Origin: Bugula neritina
Taxonomy: Eukaryota > Animalia > Bryozoa
DNA length: 64,000 nt
Reading direction: 5' to 3'
Assembly (NCBI GenBank): GCA_964035545.1
Contig: OZ037768.1
Span: 4,372,741 to 4,436,740 of the forward strand
Shown here: positions 1-13,500 of the stretch, one piece after another
Position numbering within the stretch: the stretch's first letter is position 1
Layout of the letters: each line of letters opens with the position of its first letter
Notes under the pieces: model-generated
Seen by the model: the letters and a program-made list of their open reading frames with translations, nothing else
Told to the model about the DNA's origin: nothing
The model's database searches: none
Made by a program: the position numbers and the translations under genes

Positions 1-1644
1 ATTGGTGATAAACTCATCTCTTTGCCAGTAACTTTACACATTGAGTGGTACTAAATCTTGATTAAAGTATTTTCTTAAGATGCTGTGGTAAGCCCTGTTT
101 ACCTTTTGTAGATAAGTCAAACGGAAAAGTAAAAATACTTTCTTTGGCACTGAACAAGTCCGAAGGTAATGAATGACTAGTTTTCATTTTATTATCTAAT
201 TTTTAGTTTATAATGTTCCACCAATAAAATATCTAGTAATGGTGTTCCAGGTAGCGACATTGAAAGAGTCGTATGCACCAAGTTAGAACAGAAGTTTCTG
301 CAGGATATAATGGCAATGCACATTTTTCCTATTGTGAGCAAAACAACGCTGACAGAAAAGAACTGGTAAGAGATAAAATAAAACTAGTCAACCAAAGGTA
401 GGCTGTATGGCTGTTGCTTCTAGTGGAGTTGATAATAAAGTAGATTAGCCAAATAAATTGGCTCCTTATAATTCGTATGTATCAAATTTCAACTGGAATA
501 ACATGTTGAATTTTTCTCAATTTGGAATATAAGCTGCTCGGAATATATTACCTTGCCTCTTTTTATAACCAAGCTGCCTCATCCTCTCGCACTATAGTTC
601 GATAGTTGTAGCATATTTGAAATAATAGTTATTAAAACAATAATAATTGCTTATGTATGCGCATGTAGTGCTGGTGTATTCTACTTAGCCATGAAAGAGT
701 ACCTAGGTGATACACATTACTTTTAGTCAAAGTTGGTGTACATTTGCTGTGCATACATGTTGTAGGTACCTGTATGCATGCAAGTTGTGGGATGCAGTAA
801 AAAAGTCGCCGTTTATCTCAGAGTACATTCGCTTATTGATCATGTGACGGAACTGATGCTGATTGGTCAGAATTTGAGAGTGAGTAGTAGAACTGCTTGC
901 GACACCAAGCAAAAAGTTCGACACGCTACTGGGAAAGATTTAGTACAAAGAATTAACTTCTCTTCACTCATGTGTGAAAAAAATTAAAAAGTTGCTGAGC
1001 AAGAAATAGGAAACCAACTTTGTTTGAGATCAAGTGACTGAGTTATAATGGACGTTTGTTGTTGAGCTCTTTATTATATGGAAATATTTTTACAATATTT
1101 ATTTATTATTTTAGTTTTGGCACTTCCTTGGAGTTCTGTGCAGATTATTATAAAACCTTATCAGTTATATCTCTTCAGGTTTTTTATTAAAGTTCTCAGC
1201 ACAGCGTATACTTGTAGTGATGATATCGACCATAATTAAAATGTTATATAATAAATGCAGAATAAATAAGTATGGAATAAAATATATTGCAGCTAATACC
1301 ATACATATGCGGTATAATGTAAAGTGCCACACCAATGAAATATAATTTTACAGTTAGGATATAAATAAAATCTGTCTTGCTATAAATAAAAATTTAGTGC
1401 TCTAAGCTCACCACAAATGTTAAGGAATGTTGAAAGATAATAGTGGTATATAATTAAATGCTTAGAAAGGCCCATAAAGATTTTAAATTAAAAAGATCAG
1501 AAATATTATTATTTACAAAAAACTTCATTGAGCGATGTGAAAACAGCTACACTACCATAAATATGTAAATGACAATATCACAGCTTTCTGTAAGAATGAC
1601 TAGTACAAGTAATGACTGGGTGAGGTTAGAAGCAGCACACCGGC

Positions 1645-4600
1645 CTATTGAATGCCAATATCTGACAGCTGAATGTTTTGAAGGTTATTTCTTGGTTGAA
1701 AGTAGCAAGTATCTGTATCATTATCAGGTTGGGGTATGAAGGGTGCCTCTATATTCCGTAAGTTATCCCAGTCTAATCCCTAGAATAACAACCAGGTTTA
1801 TAGAAAATCTATCAAATTACTGTACTTTTTATTCTACTATGATGTAAGTAAAATAACGTTAAAATCGAATTTGAATTGCTGCCAACATGATTCTATATAT
1901 AGAATAAACCTACTTGAAATAATGGATGATGTTTCAAAGAGTTTAAGTTGGCCCTTGAACATGGGTTGTGACAGAGCAAGGATAAAATGCACGACTGGGC
2001 AGGGGAAGACAATTCCTCATCTCCTTCAGGCCACTCGATGTTATTGGATAGAATGTTGTCAAATATCTTCTCTACGGTCTTGTCACAGAATGGAGGAAAT
2101 CCAGTGAGAAATTCATACAGACACACCTAAGTAACACCCACAACAAAATAGCGGACGTGACAGCGAGTTGAAAAGCAATGAATTTGTCATTGTCTTTCGT
2201 AAGAGAAGGAATTTGAGAGAGGAAAGAAGCTTAAAATGAGAATATTAGTTAATACACACAAGGAAATTTAATTTAGCGAGTGCTTTAGCCTGCAAGAATC
2301 TCGTGCAACATTGAATATTTTACACTGAAAGACTAAATGAAATATAATATCAAACAGGCATTGCTTATATTAAACAAGATTCTGTGATATAAAACTGGTA
2401 CGGATGAAACCGCTTGAGCTGTTACTTTACGTTCATGACTCATCATAATTAGTGACTCACCCCCAAAGCCCAGAAATCGACTGCAGGTCCGTGAGGCTTC
2501 CTAAGGAGCAGCTCTGGGCTCAGATAGTCTGGGGTACCAAGAATCTGCGGTAACTCATTCTGAGTCTTCTTTGTACTTTTAGGTGTTCTCTTGGGAGTTA
2601 CCTTACCTTTGTGTGGGGCCGGTGTTAGGAACACTAATTATCAGAAAATAGATCAATACAGTAGACTGATTATCAAAAAATAAATAAATACAGTAGACAA
2701 ATAAATGTTATCACAAGACTGCTGTTTTACATGACTTTTATGAGTATTCTGGTTTTTAGACTTGTACTTTATAGCAAACCATTCCAGATTGTATCTTTTT
2801 CATAGATTTACAAAATGAAAACTACACCTACATCATCAGGTACACTTTTTTGCTACAACCAGTACAAGAACAGGTATAATCTACCGGGTAAATTATCCAC
2901 CATCTTCAGTGGGAATTGCTGCTCAAGGTTGGAAGAGTATGACCTCACAGCGCTGTGGAATCGGGTCCTCTTGGCATTTGGAATCTTGGATGGCGGCGTA
3001 ACGTCTTTCAAGTTTTGCGCCGGAGCCTTTAGTGAATCCCTTTCTCCGATGCTTGGACTGACGTTCTCCTTGTCTGACGGCTCAGGTGAGAACTTGCTAG
3101 AAGTGTTGATAGACGGGCAAGACGCCAGACTGGTGTCTTTCAGGGAGTCTGACGACTGATTTGTAGAATTAACATACTTCAAAGAAGTTTCTAGAACCAC
3201 CATGTGACCGTCTGAGGTTTCTAAAGATTCCAGAAAATGGCAACCGGATGAATTAGCACTACTGTCTGTGGTCTTGATAGAAGTGAAAGCTTGGCTGAAT
3301 GAGTCATCAGTCAAGTCTTTGTTATTGCTGTTCAGATCAGGACTGGAAGAACACCAGCCTTTACTGAAGGGGGATATAGGGCCGGCTTGAGGTGACAGAG
3401 AGAAGGGTATGGGTCCCCCTTCACCTGCTATAGGAGACGTCATTGGGTGAGTGCGTGTGGTGAATGGGGGTGAAACCTAAAACACAACAGTATATAAGTC
3501 TCCAGTGGAATGTGAAGTTATGTATACAGCTGATACTTAGTTTGTACCAATATGTATTAGGTAATAGGTACTAGGTTAACTGCACATAATATTATGGTAC
3601 AGACAATTGGGAGATTTTAGTTTATTTGAAAACATCAGCAAATATAAGATTAGGTAAGCTAAAGAGCTGGAAACTGTAGCTGTAATAAAACAGCTAGACG
3701 ATTTAGCATCATTCACACTGGTCATATCAACCCTACAGTTTACAATTATATCAAAAGCTATACCTGCAGAGTCTGAGATGTTTTGGTACAGCAATCACCA
3801 CCCGCTATGTTCAAAGACGCATTTCTAAATATATCTTCATTCATATGTTCAAGAATGGCAGAAGATGGGGCGTCTCTAAGCTTCTCCATACTACTACAAG
3901 ATGCAAATGAAGGACCAAGGCTTGGTTCTTCCATTAAAGCAGTGTGATTCTTGTGTGCAGGAGGTACAATATTAACGTCATTGAATATTGCTGTCAACCC
4001 TGAACTAACTCTTTCCTATGCAACACAAAATAAATTCATAGAAATAGAAGAATTGGTAGCAGAGTATATCCTAAATCTCAGGGAAATTAAGTCCTTTTAT
4101 GTGCAAATCAATGAGAGAATTTGCTAATTAGCTAAATAACTAACACATTTCACAGATAGAATTTTAGTTTTAAACCATTTTACTTAAAACTACAAAACTT
4201 AACATTTTAATGAAGCAAAATCTACTTTCGCTTGCACAACATATAATACTAAAATTACCAGTTTTTAAAAAATATTGGACATTACATTTTTATTAGAGCT
4301 TTTCCACTGTTCTGCTCTTGAAAACTGCATAGGTCTCAAAATTGTCTTGTTTTGTAAACTTGCCTATAAAGCCTTTCACAATCTACGCTGTATAGCAAAT
4401 ATGCCACTGTGCACACAATCTGTCAGATGATTTACTATACAAACTATACGAACACATAACAACCTGGATAGGACTGCTTTGAGTGATGTCATCATAGCAA
4501 CGTTTGCGTCTTTTAGGTTCGAGTTCTGGTGACCAATCAGGTCTGGGCACAGGCAATCTGTCATCGACTGCCTTAATGTCCTCCCCACCCTGAGGAGTGA

Positions 4601-5853
4601 AAGCCAATTTGCTAGTGAGAGACAGAAGCTGGCCTGGTGTGCGGTAATTCTCCTTCTGGATAGCCTAAGAGTGACCAAGCAGAGTATAAATGTGACATGT
4701 TGTGACAACTCCAGTAACTTGTAACGTTTTGAAATCAATTAGTAGACTTTTGAACACTGAATAACGTAAATATACATAAGCTTTGAGTAAATCTTGCACT
4801 AACACCTTAAAATACTTACTATCTTTTGAATAGTGTTGAAATATTCACTTACTCTGGTTGTCTGGCCAATTCTAGGTGTAAGGAGAAGATCTTTAACATT
4901 TAATTTATGATCCACGTCAATCTTTGACAAACCAAAGTCACTGAGCTTAACATGGCCGTCACAGGCAATAAGCATGTTGTCTGGTTTGATGTCTCGGTGT
5001 ATGATGTCACGGCTGTGCAGGTAACTTAACGCCATTGCAATTTCAGCTGTGAAATGCACAAAACTATATTTTCATAAATATTGTGTAACAGCATTGTAAG
5101 ATTTTTGAGACAATGTCTTTAGATGAGTAACATTGTAACATGCACATACAGCTCTAACAAACAGAGAAGACTTTAAAAAATTGGTCTCAAATGACAGAGA
5201 AAATTACATAACTAACCACCTCTGCGTTATTAACATTGTATTTGGTCAATAAAGGTTGAAAAGCCCAAAACTGTTTGCTTATCTTTCCAGTGCATGCAGC
5301 ATAAAATTATTATATAATAATACTTGTAACACAAAAATACTAACTAATTACTAACCAATGTAGTGAACAGCCATGTTCTCGTCAAAGTACCCATACATGG
5401 TAAGCAAGGATTTCAAATCCCCTCCAATCATATAGTCCATCACCAAATAAATGTTAACACTACTCTGCAGCGAATAGTACAGCCTGACTACAAAGTCACT
5501 TTTGGTGAGTGCAAGTGCTGCCCTTTCAGCTAACACTTGACTCTGCATGTTCTTGTTCACCATTTCTCTCTTTTTCATTACCTAAACAACAAGTTGCATG
5601 TTTACAAAAATCACACCTAAAAATATCGATGTTGAAGATATAGTCAAAGACAACACAATGAATTAATTCTCAAGTGTACCTTAATCGCATAAAACTTAGT
5701 AGGGTCATTTTGCTTAGTCCCTAAATATACTTTTGCGTAGGCCCCTCGGCTAATAGGTTTTATAATGTTGAAATCTTCAATTGTTGGCAATAGCATACAT
5801 GACGAGCCAGGCCTATCAGCTTCTGAGAGTGATTGAGCTGGAACAAGTGCCAT
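1645..5853 (-). CDS. MASTL: Serine/threonine-protein kinase Greatwall (MASTL), 9 coding exons, ~719 aa
   Basis: Exons 5853-5680, 5581-5356, 5046-4853, 4664-4464, 4015-3764, 3476-2885, 2633-2461, 2126-1914 and 1779-1645 join in frame via GT-AG (2160 nt). Motifs: [54 protein letters not shown], a long low-complexity insert in the activation segment, [17 protein letters not shown] tail [16 protein letters not shown]. Confidence 0.95.
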
Positions 5854-7329
5854 TCTATAAAACAAAGACATGAAAAAGATTAAAACAACAATTACTTGAT
5901 AAAGTGTCCATTATTCGCCTTATTTGTAACTAATTACATGTGAAATATAATATAGAAACAGCCAAATTGTTATACAGCATTTTCATCAATTGACAATTTT
6001 TATAGTTATTCATTAATGTAGTAGTCCTTGTATTTAGGTTTAGAGCCTTTGTTGTGAAGTTTACTATAACATGATCTTGATCTATGACTATGGGTTATGT
6101 CTATAACTATAAAACATTATGATAATGACAATTATAAACTGATAATCATGATGATTAAACAAGAATAATAATAATCATCATCATCATAATCAGAATAATA
6201 AGCCTGGGGCATTTATTTCAACTTAGCTTACATTACTGTGATAACATTTTTATCACTGCTCGTTCCCGTTTTAGTGCAAAACATATTGATATACTAAATA
6301 ACAATAACTATTCATTATGATTATAATTATTTTTTGACACTACTCAAATAGTGATACTAAAAAGTAATGAGTCATACTCATAGAATAAGTATCATTATCA
6401 TAAGTAGTCAATATGATAGTGATACTGATAGTCTTAGTCTAAGATTCTAATTATTAAGTCTTTAGTTAAAGTGAATAGCTATAAGTCATACTATAATTAT
6501 TTTCTAAGAAGAGCTAGGGTAACTCAAATTGCAACGTGCAAGACCAAGTGTAAGTCTTACTCACACTCACAATGACAATCACTAAGTTACTGTTAGTGTT
6601 ATGTGTTAGTCTAACTCTAAGTTTAACTCTTACTCTAACAGTAACTGTAAGTCTATGATGTTCAATAATTCATGTCTCGTACTGATACTCATACTGTCTA
6701 TGAGCTTGGTCTTGTACTTGTACTTTTTTAGGTTAGTAGTTATGTTCTATTAGTAAGAGCGCCGGCTTTATAGTTCGCACAAAGTCACTGGTGATGCTAG
6801 CAGATGCATCAAGTTGTAGTGACTGTGAGACTATCAGTATCACTATGAATATCACTATCAGCCTATTTCAGCATGAGTATCAGTAACTGTAAGACTGAGA
6901 GTGAGTATAACTATAACTGTATAAGTTATTAGGTATAAGTATTTGATTTTCCTTTTGTATTTTTAAAAACATAACTTTTTAAGAATACTTTGAGAGTAAA
7001 CTAATACTAATACTAATAGTATACTGTTTAATAACATCACAGTTAATGATTACTAATATTAGCGACATACTAATTTAGTAATAAGATAACAGAAAGGTTG
7101 TTAACAACTTAATGTAAATGTTTTAAGTCTAAGTTTCAAAATACAGATGTTAGAGTTTCTACACTTCAAACTTCCCACTGATAATTTTTTAAATTTATAG
7201 AAGTGGGACACACGAATTGAGCCTGCTTTTAAATAATACAAAATTTAACACAAAAATCATATGTATAAGCAAAAGTTTTGTTGGGAACAGAGGCTATTGC
7301 ACCCACATTGATATTTATTTTGCAATACT

Positions 7330-7520
7330 TACGAATAATTTTTTTGGATTTGGTAGTTCAGCAGCCAATGAAAACTTCCGGAGCGGAATAGTGAAGATAC
7401 TATGTAAAATCAATTTGCAGGCACAGTTTCAGTTTGAGTATCAAATTCATGTCATTTCGAAGAAGTGTGGAGAGCAATTATTTTTCTGCTTATGCAAGAA
7501 TTTGCTTAGGATTTGAACAA
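7330..7520. promoter_or_regulatory. Probable bidirectional promoter shared by MASTL and the PTP gene
   Basis: Minus-strand donor GTAAGT at 7332 pairs with the acceptor at 5855 just before the MASTL ATG, implying a non-coding first exon. AGCCAATG (CCAAT) at ~7363-7370 and ETS-like ACTTCCGG at ~7374-7381. PTP ATG at 7525. Confidence 0.55.
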
Positions 7521-7524
7521 AATA

Positions 7525-10500
7525 ATGGGTTCACTTATTGAAGAAGAGTATGAGACGTACACCCATGAGCGAAAGTGGAAACAGGTTTATGATGTAAGCA
7601 TTCATTTTGATTTTCAATTTCAATTTGAATTTCAATGTTCGTTCATCTCTTTGTTGTCAGATTGACTTTGACTTTAAAATTCGTTATAAGTATTGCTGTA
7701 ATTATCAGTATCATTATCATCATTAGTATTAAACTCTATAAAACTCTTAATTTTGTAATAAATATCCTCACAGTCACACTCACACTGACACTGAGTGTGA
7801 GCAATCATCATCATGATCATGATCACCATCACCATCATGGACTTCATGATAATATTAATATTAATAGTAATAGTATTACTAATAGTATTAATTAGTAAAT
7901 TATAGTATTGGTCGAGTCTCACTGGTCAGTCATTACTAACTACTAAGAGTAAGTCTCACACTATTACAATTTGAAATTTATTCTCAGTCGTAAGCTATTG
8001 CTGTACAACAAAAAATTTGCCACGCTTTTAGTTATACTCATAATGATTGCCACAGTAAAATTGTTACTTACTCATAGTCAGCAAGTAGTTAATAATCCTT
8101 CAGTGTCCGAGTTTTCATTTGATTTATATTAATCATGCAAATACTAATATTTTGAATGTCAGATTGAAAATATCTAGATTATTATTGTCTTAGTTATACC
8201 AATACTGGTGATAGAATCTAAACCAAATTAATTACACACTGAAATCTACTTTTTGATCTAAACTGAGGTTCAAGTAGACTCGAAGTCGTGTTACATATAT
8301 TCAACTATAACTAATACTTATCAACTTTTAGTGTAGCCTTTTATTAAATATATTTTGTATTACTATGGCAACTAGTGTAAACGATTTATTTGTGATCTAC
8401 TTGAGTCCCAAGTTTGATGATCAACTTATTACCACCAAACTTAGTCTTCGATTTTTCTCAAGTCAAGAAGTTGTTTTAGCTGATGTACAATTTCCAAATA
8501 AACGTTGACCTAAATTGTTCAAACTCTTTATTTTAATTACTGTTTGTTATAACAAATTTTTTATTTCAAATAATTCAGTGAATTTTATTAATATTAATTT
8601 TCTACTTGAATTTTAATTTTTATTTCTGAAAAACCGACATCGAGTATATTACTTTTCTTGAACTTTCTTTTCAGGTAATACAAAATGAGGCATATGCGTT
8701 ACATAATTCCTCTTCACAACTGGCAAAGTTACCTGAGAATAGGAGCAGGAATCGTTATAGAGATGTGAGTCCATGTAAGTATATGGTTGTATATTTTTCC
8801 TCATTTGCTACACAAGCGTTAGTCATGTGACATAATGAGGATATTTTTATCCTGGATATATTGTAGATGACGATTACAGAGTGGTACTCAACGACTCCTT
8901 GAATAACTATATCAACGCTAGTCGTATAGAGGTCCCACTCTCAAAGAGGTCATATATATTGACTCAGGTAGGTCAACTTGTCAAACTAATTTATCTTCTG
9001 TACTCTTGTCAGTGCATTGCATGCTTGCAATCCTTTGTTAATTCATTCTCTATTAGAAGCGCTGTGTTTGTAGGGTCCTTTACCAAACACTTCTGGCCAT
9101 TTCTGGTTAATGATTTGGCAACAGAATACTAAAGGAATTATGATGCTCAATAAAATTATAGAAGATGGCCGAGTAAGTAGAAGTTGCATGAATTCTTCCA
9201 GTTTGTCTCAGTAATCTACAGTTTACTAAATCATTAGTTTTTTCCTGAAAAACTAGATGACAAAGTTGTGCAGTTCATTTAAACATTTTGGTTTTATTCT
9301 TTAAAAAGCTATTAAGTTTTTTCTGTACATTTTATAAACATGTTTGACTGTATGTAAAGCGTAGCATTCTCGGTGTGCCACATACAGTGCTGTGAAAAAG
9401 TTTGAGGACGCTTGCAGAAATTTTTATGTATTTCTATGTATTGTTTAATAGGCATTTCTTGGAAGTTCTTAGTATTTTCCTGCAAGTTCTATATATCAAA
9501 AGGACCCTTAGAATGTGCACTACAATTTCCACCTTATAAATTCCCACTGCTGTGATGTTTTCTACCTATTTTCGGGCTAACTATACAAGCAGCTAGGAAA
9601 GCGCAACTCCTGTGTTTTTATGTTTCCAAAGTTTATCGCTTCTGACAATCACAAAAGGCTAAACAGTGAAATTTGACTTTGTACATAGCATCATGATACC
9701 ATAAAGTATGACTTTCTTCCATAACTTGAAATCTGTCATTTAGTTGTAAGCTTTTACATGGTGTCCACTTAGGTGCTGCGCATAGACAAAATGAGGGCTG
9801 TAAATCTTACTTCAAAAGCAAGGTTTGTAATAATTATTTTGCATAACGAAGGTTATTCAATTAGGAAAATATTTAAAAAGGTTGGCAAAGCAAAGACAAC
9901 TGTTTATCAAATTATCAAGAAGTTCATGGAGACTGGCAGTGTAGCAGATCGACCTGGAAGTGGACGACCAAGAATAAGCACACTCGGGAATGACAAGGTT
10001 TTCATTAGGATTAGCAAGAAAGATTGCAATAAAACAAGTCCTGAGTTGGCAAAAAAAAGATCAGAATCAACAGGAACAACAACTTCGACATCCCTGATAA
10101 GGCGAGGACTGCTGAGCCATGGTCTATGTGTCTGCAAAGCAAGAAGGGAGCCTCTTCTAACCGAGAAGTAGCGAAAAAACCGGCTACGGTGGGCCAAGGA
10201 GCATGGTAGTTAGACAGTGAATGATTAGAAAAAAGTAATTATTTCAGATAAATCTACATTTAATGTGAGCAATCATGCTGGAAACTGTCTTGTTAGAAGA
10301 TATCAGTATGAGGAATATAACCCCTAATGTATTCTTACAACAATTAAGCACCTTATTGGTGTTATGTTCTGGGGTTGTATAACATCAAAAGGTGTAGGTC
10401 GACTCAGTAATTGCTCTGGAATGATATTAATGCCCAAAAATATATAGAGAATCTCAATGCTAAACTTCTTCCAATCATAAAAAAACTTCTTTTTAAATGA

Positions 10501-13500
10501 AATTAACATGTTTGAAGATGACAATGCACCATGCCATTGGGCAAAAACTGTTAAAGAGTGAATGAAAAAGCAGAGGGTCTCAACGCTTAACTGGCCAGCC
10601 CAAAGCTGGGACTTGAACCCAATAAGAAATTCATGGTCAAGAATGGCTAAAATAGTTTCTTCACAGAAGCCAACAACTAAGGTGACACTCGTAGAGTCTG
10701 TAATTCATGCATAGCATCATGTTGTGACTGAAAACGAGTTGGAGAAACTGTACGAGTCGATGCCTCATCGCTGCCGACTAGTGATTGAGAATAAAGACTG
10801 GTCAACAAAACATTGATACTAAAATTTAAAGCACTGTGTGTTGCAATGCTGCTATAATGTGTAGAACAAATCACATACAATATTTTTCTATGTTTCAAGT
10901 AAAATATTCTGATATCCTACAGTATACACAAATTGTGAGAACATTGAATAATTCCCATATATGCATAGTATCTCATTATTTTACCCATATTTTAGAAGGA
11001 AGTGAAAAAAGACACTAATGATTTATATAAATGAGATAAGGAGATCTTAAGGATCATTTTGATAGGCATCATGCCTATGGAAATGCTTTTGTTATGTCTT
11101 AAAATTAGCTTGGAACATTGCTATTATGGAAAACAATGAGGCGTCCTTAAACTTTTTCACAGCACTGTACTTAGACAATGTCATGTGACCTATATATCTT
11201 GAACTGTGTAGCTGAAATGCCATCCCTACTTCCCTATGGGTGCTGAATTTGGAGCAGAGGACTCGCTGACCTACGCTGATGTCAGCATACGAGTGGACTA
11301 CTTGAAATGTGAAGACTACGGTTATTTTGTTATACGCACGTTCAAGCTTGTACACTTAGAGGTAGCCTCACATTTCTGTATCTTATATTTATATGCTTCT
11401 AGTAATTTATGTTGCTTTAGTAGCATATGTTGTAAATTTTGTCTGCATTTTTGCTGATTTTTCATTTTTAATTTTAATTAGTGGCTGTGTTGCTGGAATT
11501 TTAGGTTTACATTGTGTATGGACATCGTCGCAGTTTCTCTATTTATTGATTACTACATTACCATAATGGTTCCAACTACCTTGTAGCTATGAAATAAATC
11601 TTGTATTGTAGACACAAGAAGAAAAGTCTGTCTTACAATTCCATTATATGGATTGGCCAGATTTTGGTATTCCAAAGAATTCAGAGTCATTTTTAAATTT
11701 CCTTTATGCTGTCCGACAATCTGGCGTAATCCCATCAGCTGAGGGGTCTTCAGACACATCCAGTTCCAGGGTCTGTGGCCCACCGGTTATACACTGCAGT
11801 GCTGGTATTGGTCGCTCTGGCACTTTCATTCTCGTCGACTCGGCTTTAGTCCTGGTAAGCTCTGCTTGTGGCATTTAAATATGATATAATACTGTTGTGG
11901 TGATTGTGTTTAGATGATGCTATATACTAACACCTTATTCGTTTCTATCTCAAGACATCACTCAATATTTACGCATCATTGCTGTGTTATTTCACTCTTT
12001 TATATAGTTAAAAGCAATTTTTAAGTTTATTTTAATATTTTTATCTTCAGTTTATCAAACAGAGTTCCGATCAGGAAGCAGTTTAACTTCTACACTCCAA
12101 GGGAGAAATTGACATTTACTGACTAGTAGATAGAATTACATAAGCAGCTGCCGCTGTCTAACTATTTGTATTTCTTCGTAGGTGGAGCGGCAAAAAAGTC
12201 TGGCCACTCTCGACCTAAAGTCCATGTTGATAGACATGAGAAAGTACAGGTAATATCTTGTAGCTTCATGCAACATGTTAGAAACATGTAGGTTTGAAAT
12301 TGTAGGTAGAAATGTGTAGGAACCCTCACAGCATTTACTTGAGTGGAGAGGTGTTTGAGTAGTATCAGCATTTTATTCACCAGTACTACTAGACTTGTAC
12401 AATCACAAGGCTTTTATCATTATGTGAAGGGAGTAGCTCTTAATAATGTGATATAAGTTATATAACTTCAGTGTACTCTTTGTGTACTCTTTGTGTATTC
12501 TGAGAAGATAGCAGTGACATTTATTCTGGTTTATTGATAACTCATAACATGAACTCAACATTTGCGTCGAGGCTTTGATTTGTTGTGCCAGTTTGACTAT
12601 TAATGCAGTAGTCTAATTGGTGTCTAGCAGTTTAACTAATCTATTTATCTCATTTTAGAAAACAATTAGACACTCGAGTCATAGCAGACAATTATCTTTC
12701 TTGATGACGTGTCATACAATGCCCTGGTATATTCTTAGTTTCATTTATGTTGAACATTGTAATGGTCAATGTTTAGCGTTAACCGAGCACTTGACTATAT
12801 TTTAATTCGCTAGCATATAATGCTGCTGTGTTACCGACTTGTTACTCCCCGGTTGGTAACTAAGTTTTAATTGAAGTGGCCATTCATAGTCTTGTTTCTG
12901 CAGATGCGGTTTGATACAGCGACCGGAGCAGCTGCAGTTTTCCTACATGGCTATCTTAGACGGAGCTCAAGCTATACTTAACTCGCCAGTTCCCTCCCCT
13001 GATAAACTTGTTGCAGATGAGGAAGTGATCAGTGATGTTGACAGTGATGACACCGACATTCTACTACAACACAATGGTGGTGTTGAAGAAGAAGTCAAAG
13101 ATGTCGATGATCAGGTAACACAGGAGTTGTCTTCCTTCAATCAGCTTCTTCGTGTCATTGAAATTCTATACAGAAAGTTTATTTCCTTGTGTAGCACATT
13201 GCTTGCTATTTACTCGATCTTGTGTTTAAAGATGAGAAAACTCGATAACTTGTTTATTCTAATCTATGCTAACTTTTATAAACCTAATGATTGTGTTCTG
13301 GAGTTATTAACTAAGTAATCAGGTGCTAAGTTGTGTTGATAGAGCAGCGGATATATTCTTTGTTGAGGAATTGTAATGTGACTTATAACAACAGGAACGT
13401 TTATTTGTCGACACTTCACCACTACCCGAAGCTGAGCCTGGCCCTGAGCCTGAGGTGGTGGAGGAGCAGCATACAGTCCCGAAGGCACAAGAAACAGCAC

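Noticed and set aside
112-365. Possible plus-strand exons (112-165, 251-365) with AG/GT boundaries
   Set aside because: The first has stops in all three frames and the second has no recognisable homology. They may be the end of a gene outside the window, but I cannot support a call.
2461-4664. Very long insertion splitting the kinase domain
   Set aside because: A known hallmark of Greatwall kinases, not novel.
7635-7922. His/Ile/Asn-rich ORFs on both strands (also 40297-40512)
   Set aside because: By-products of the 3/6-periodic intronic sequence; they lie inside introns or leader regions.
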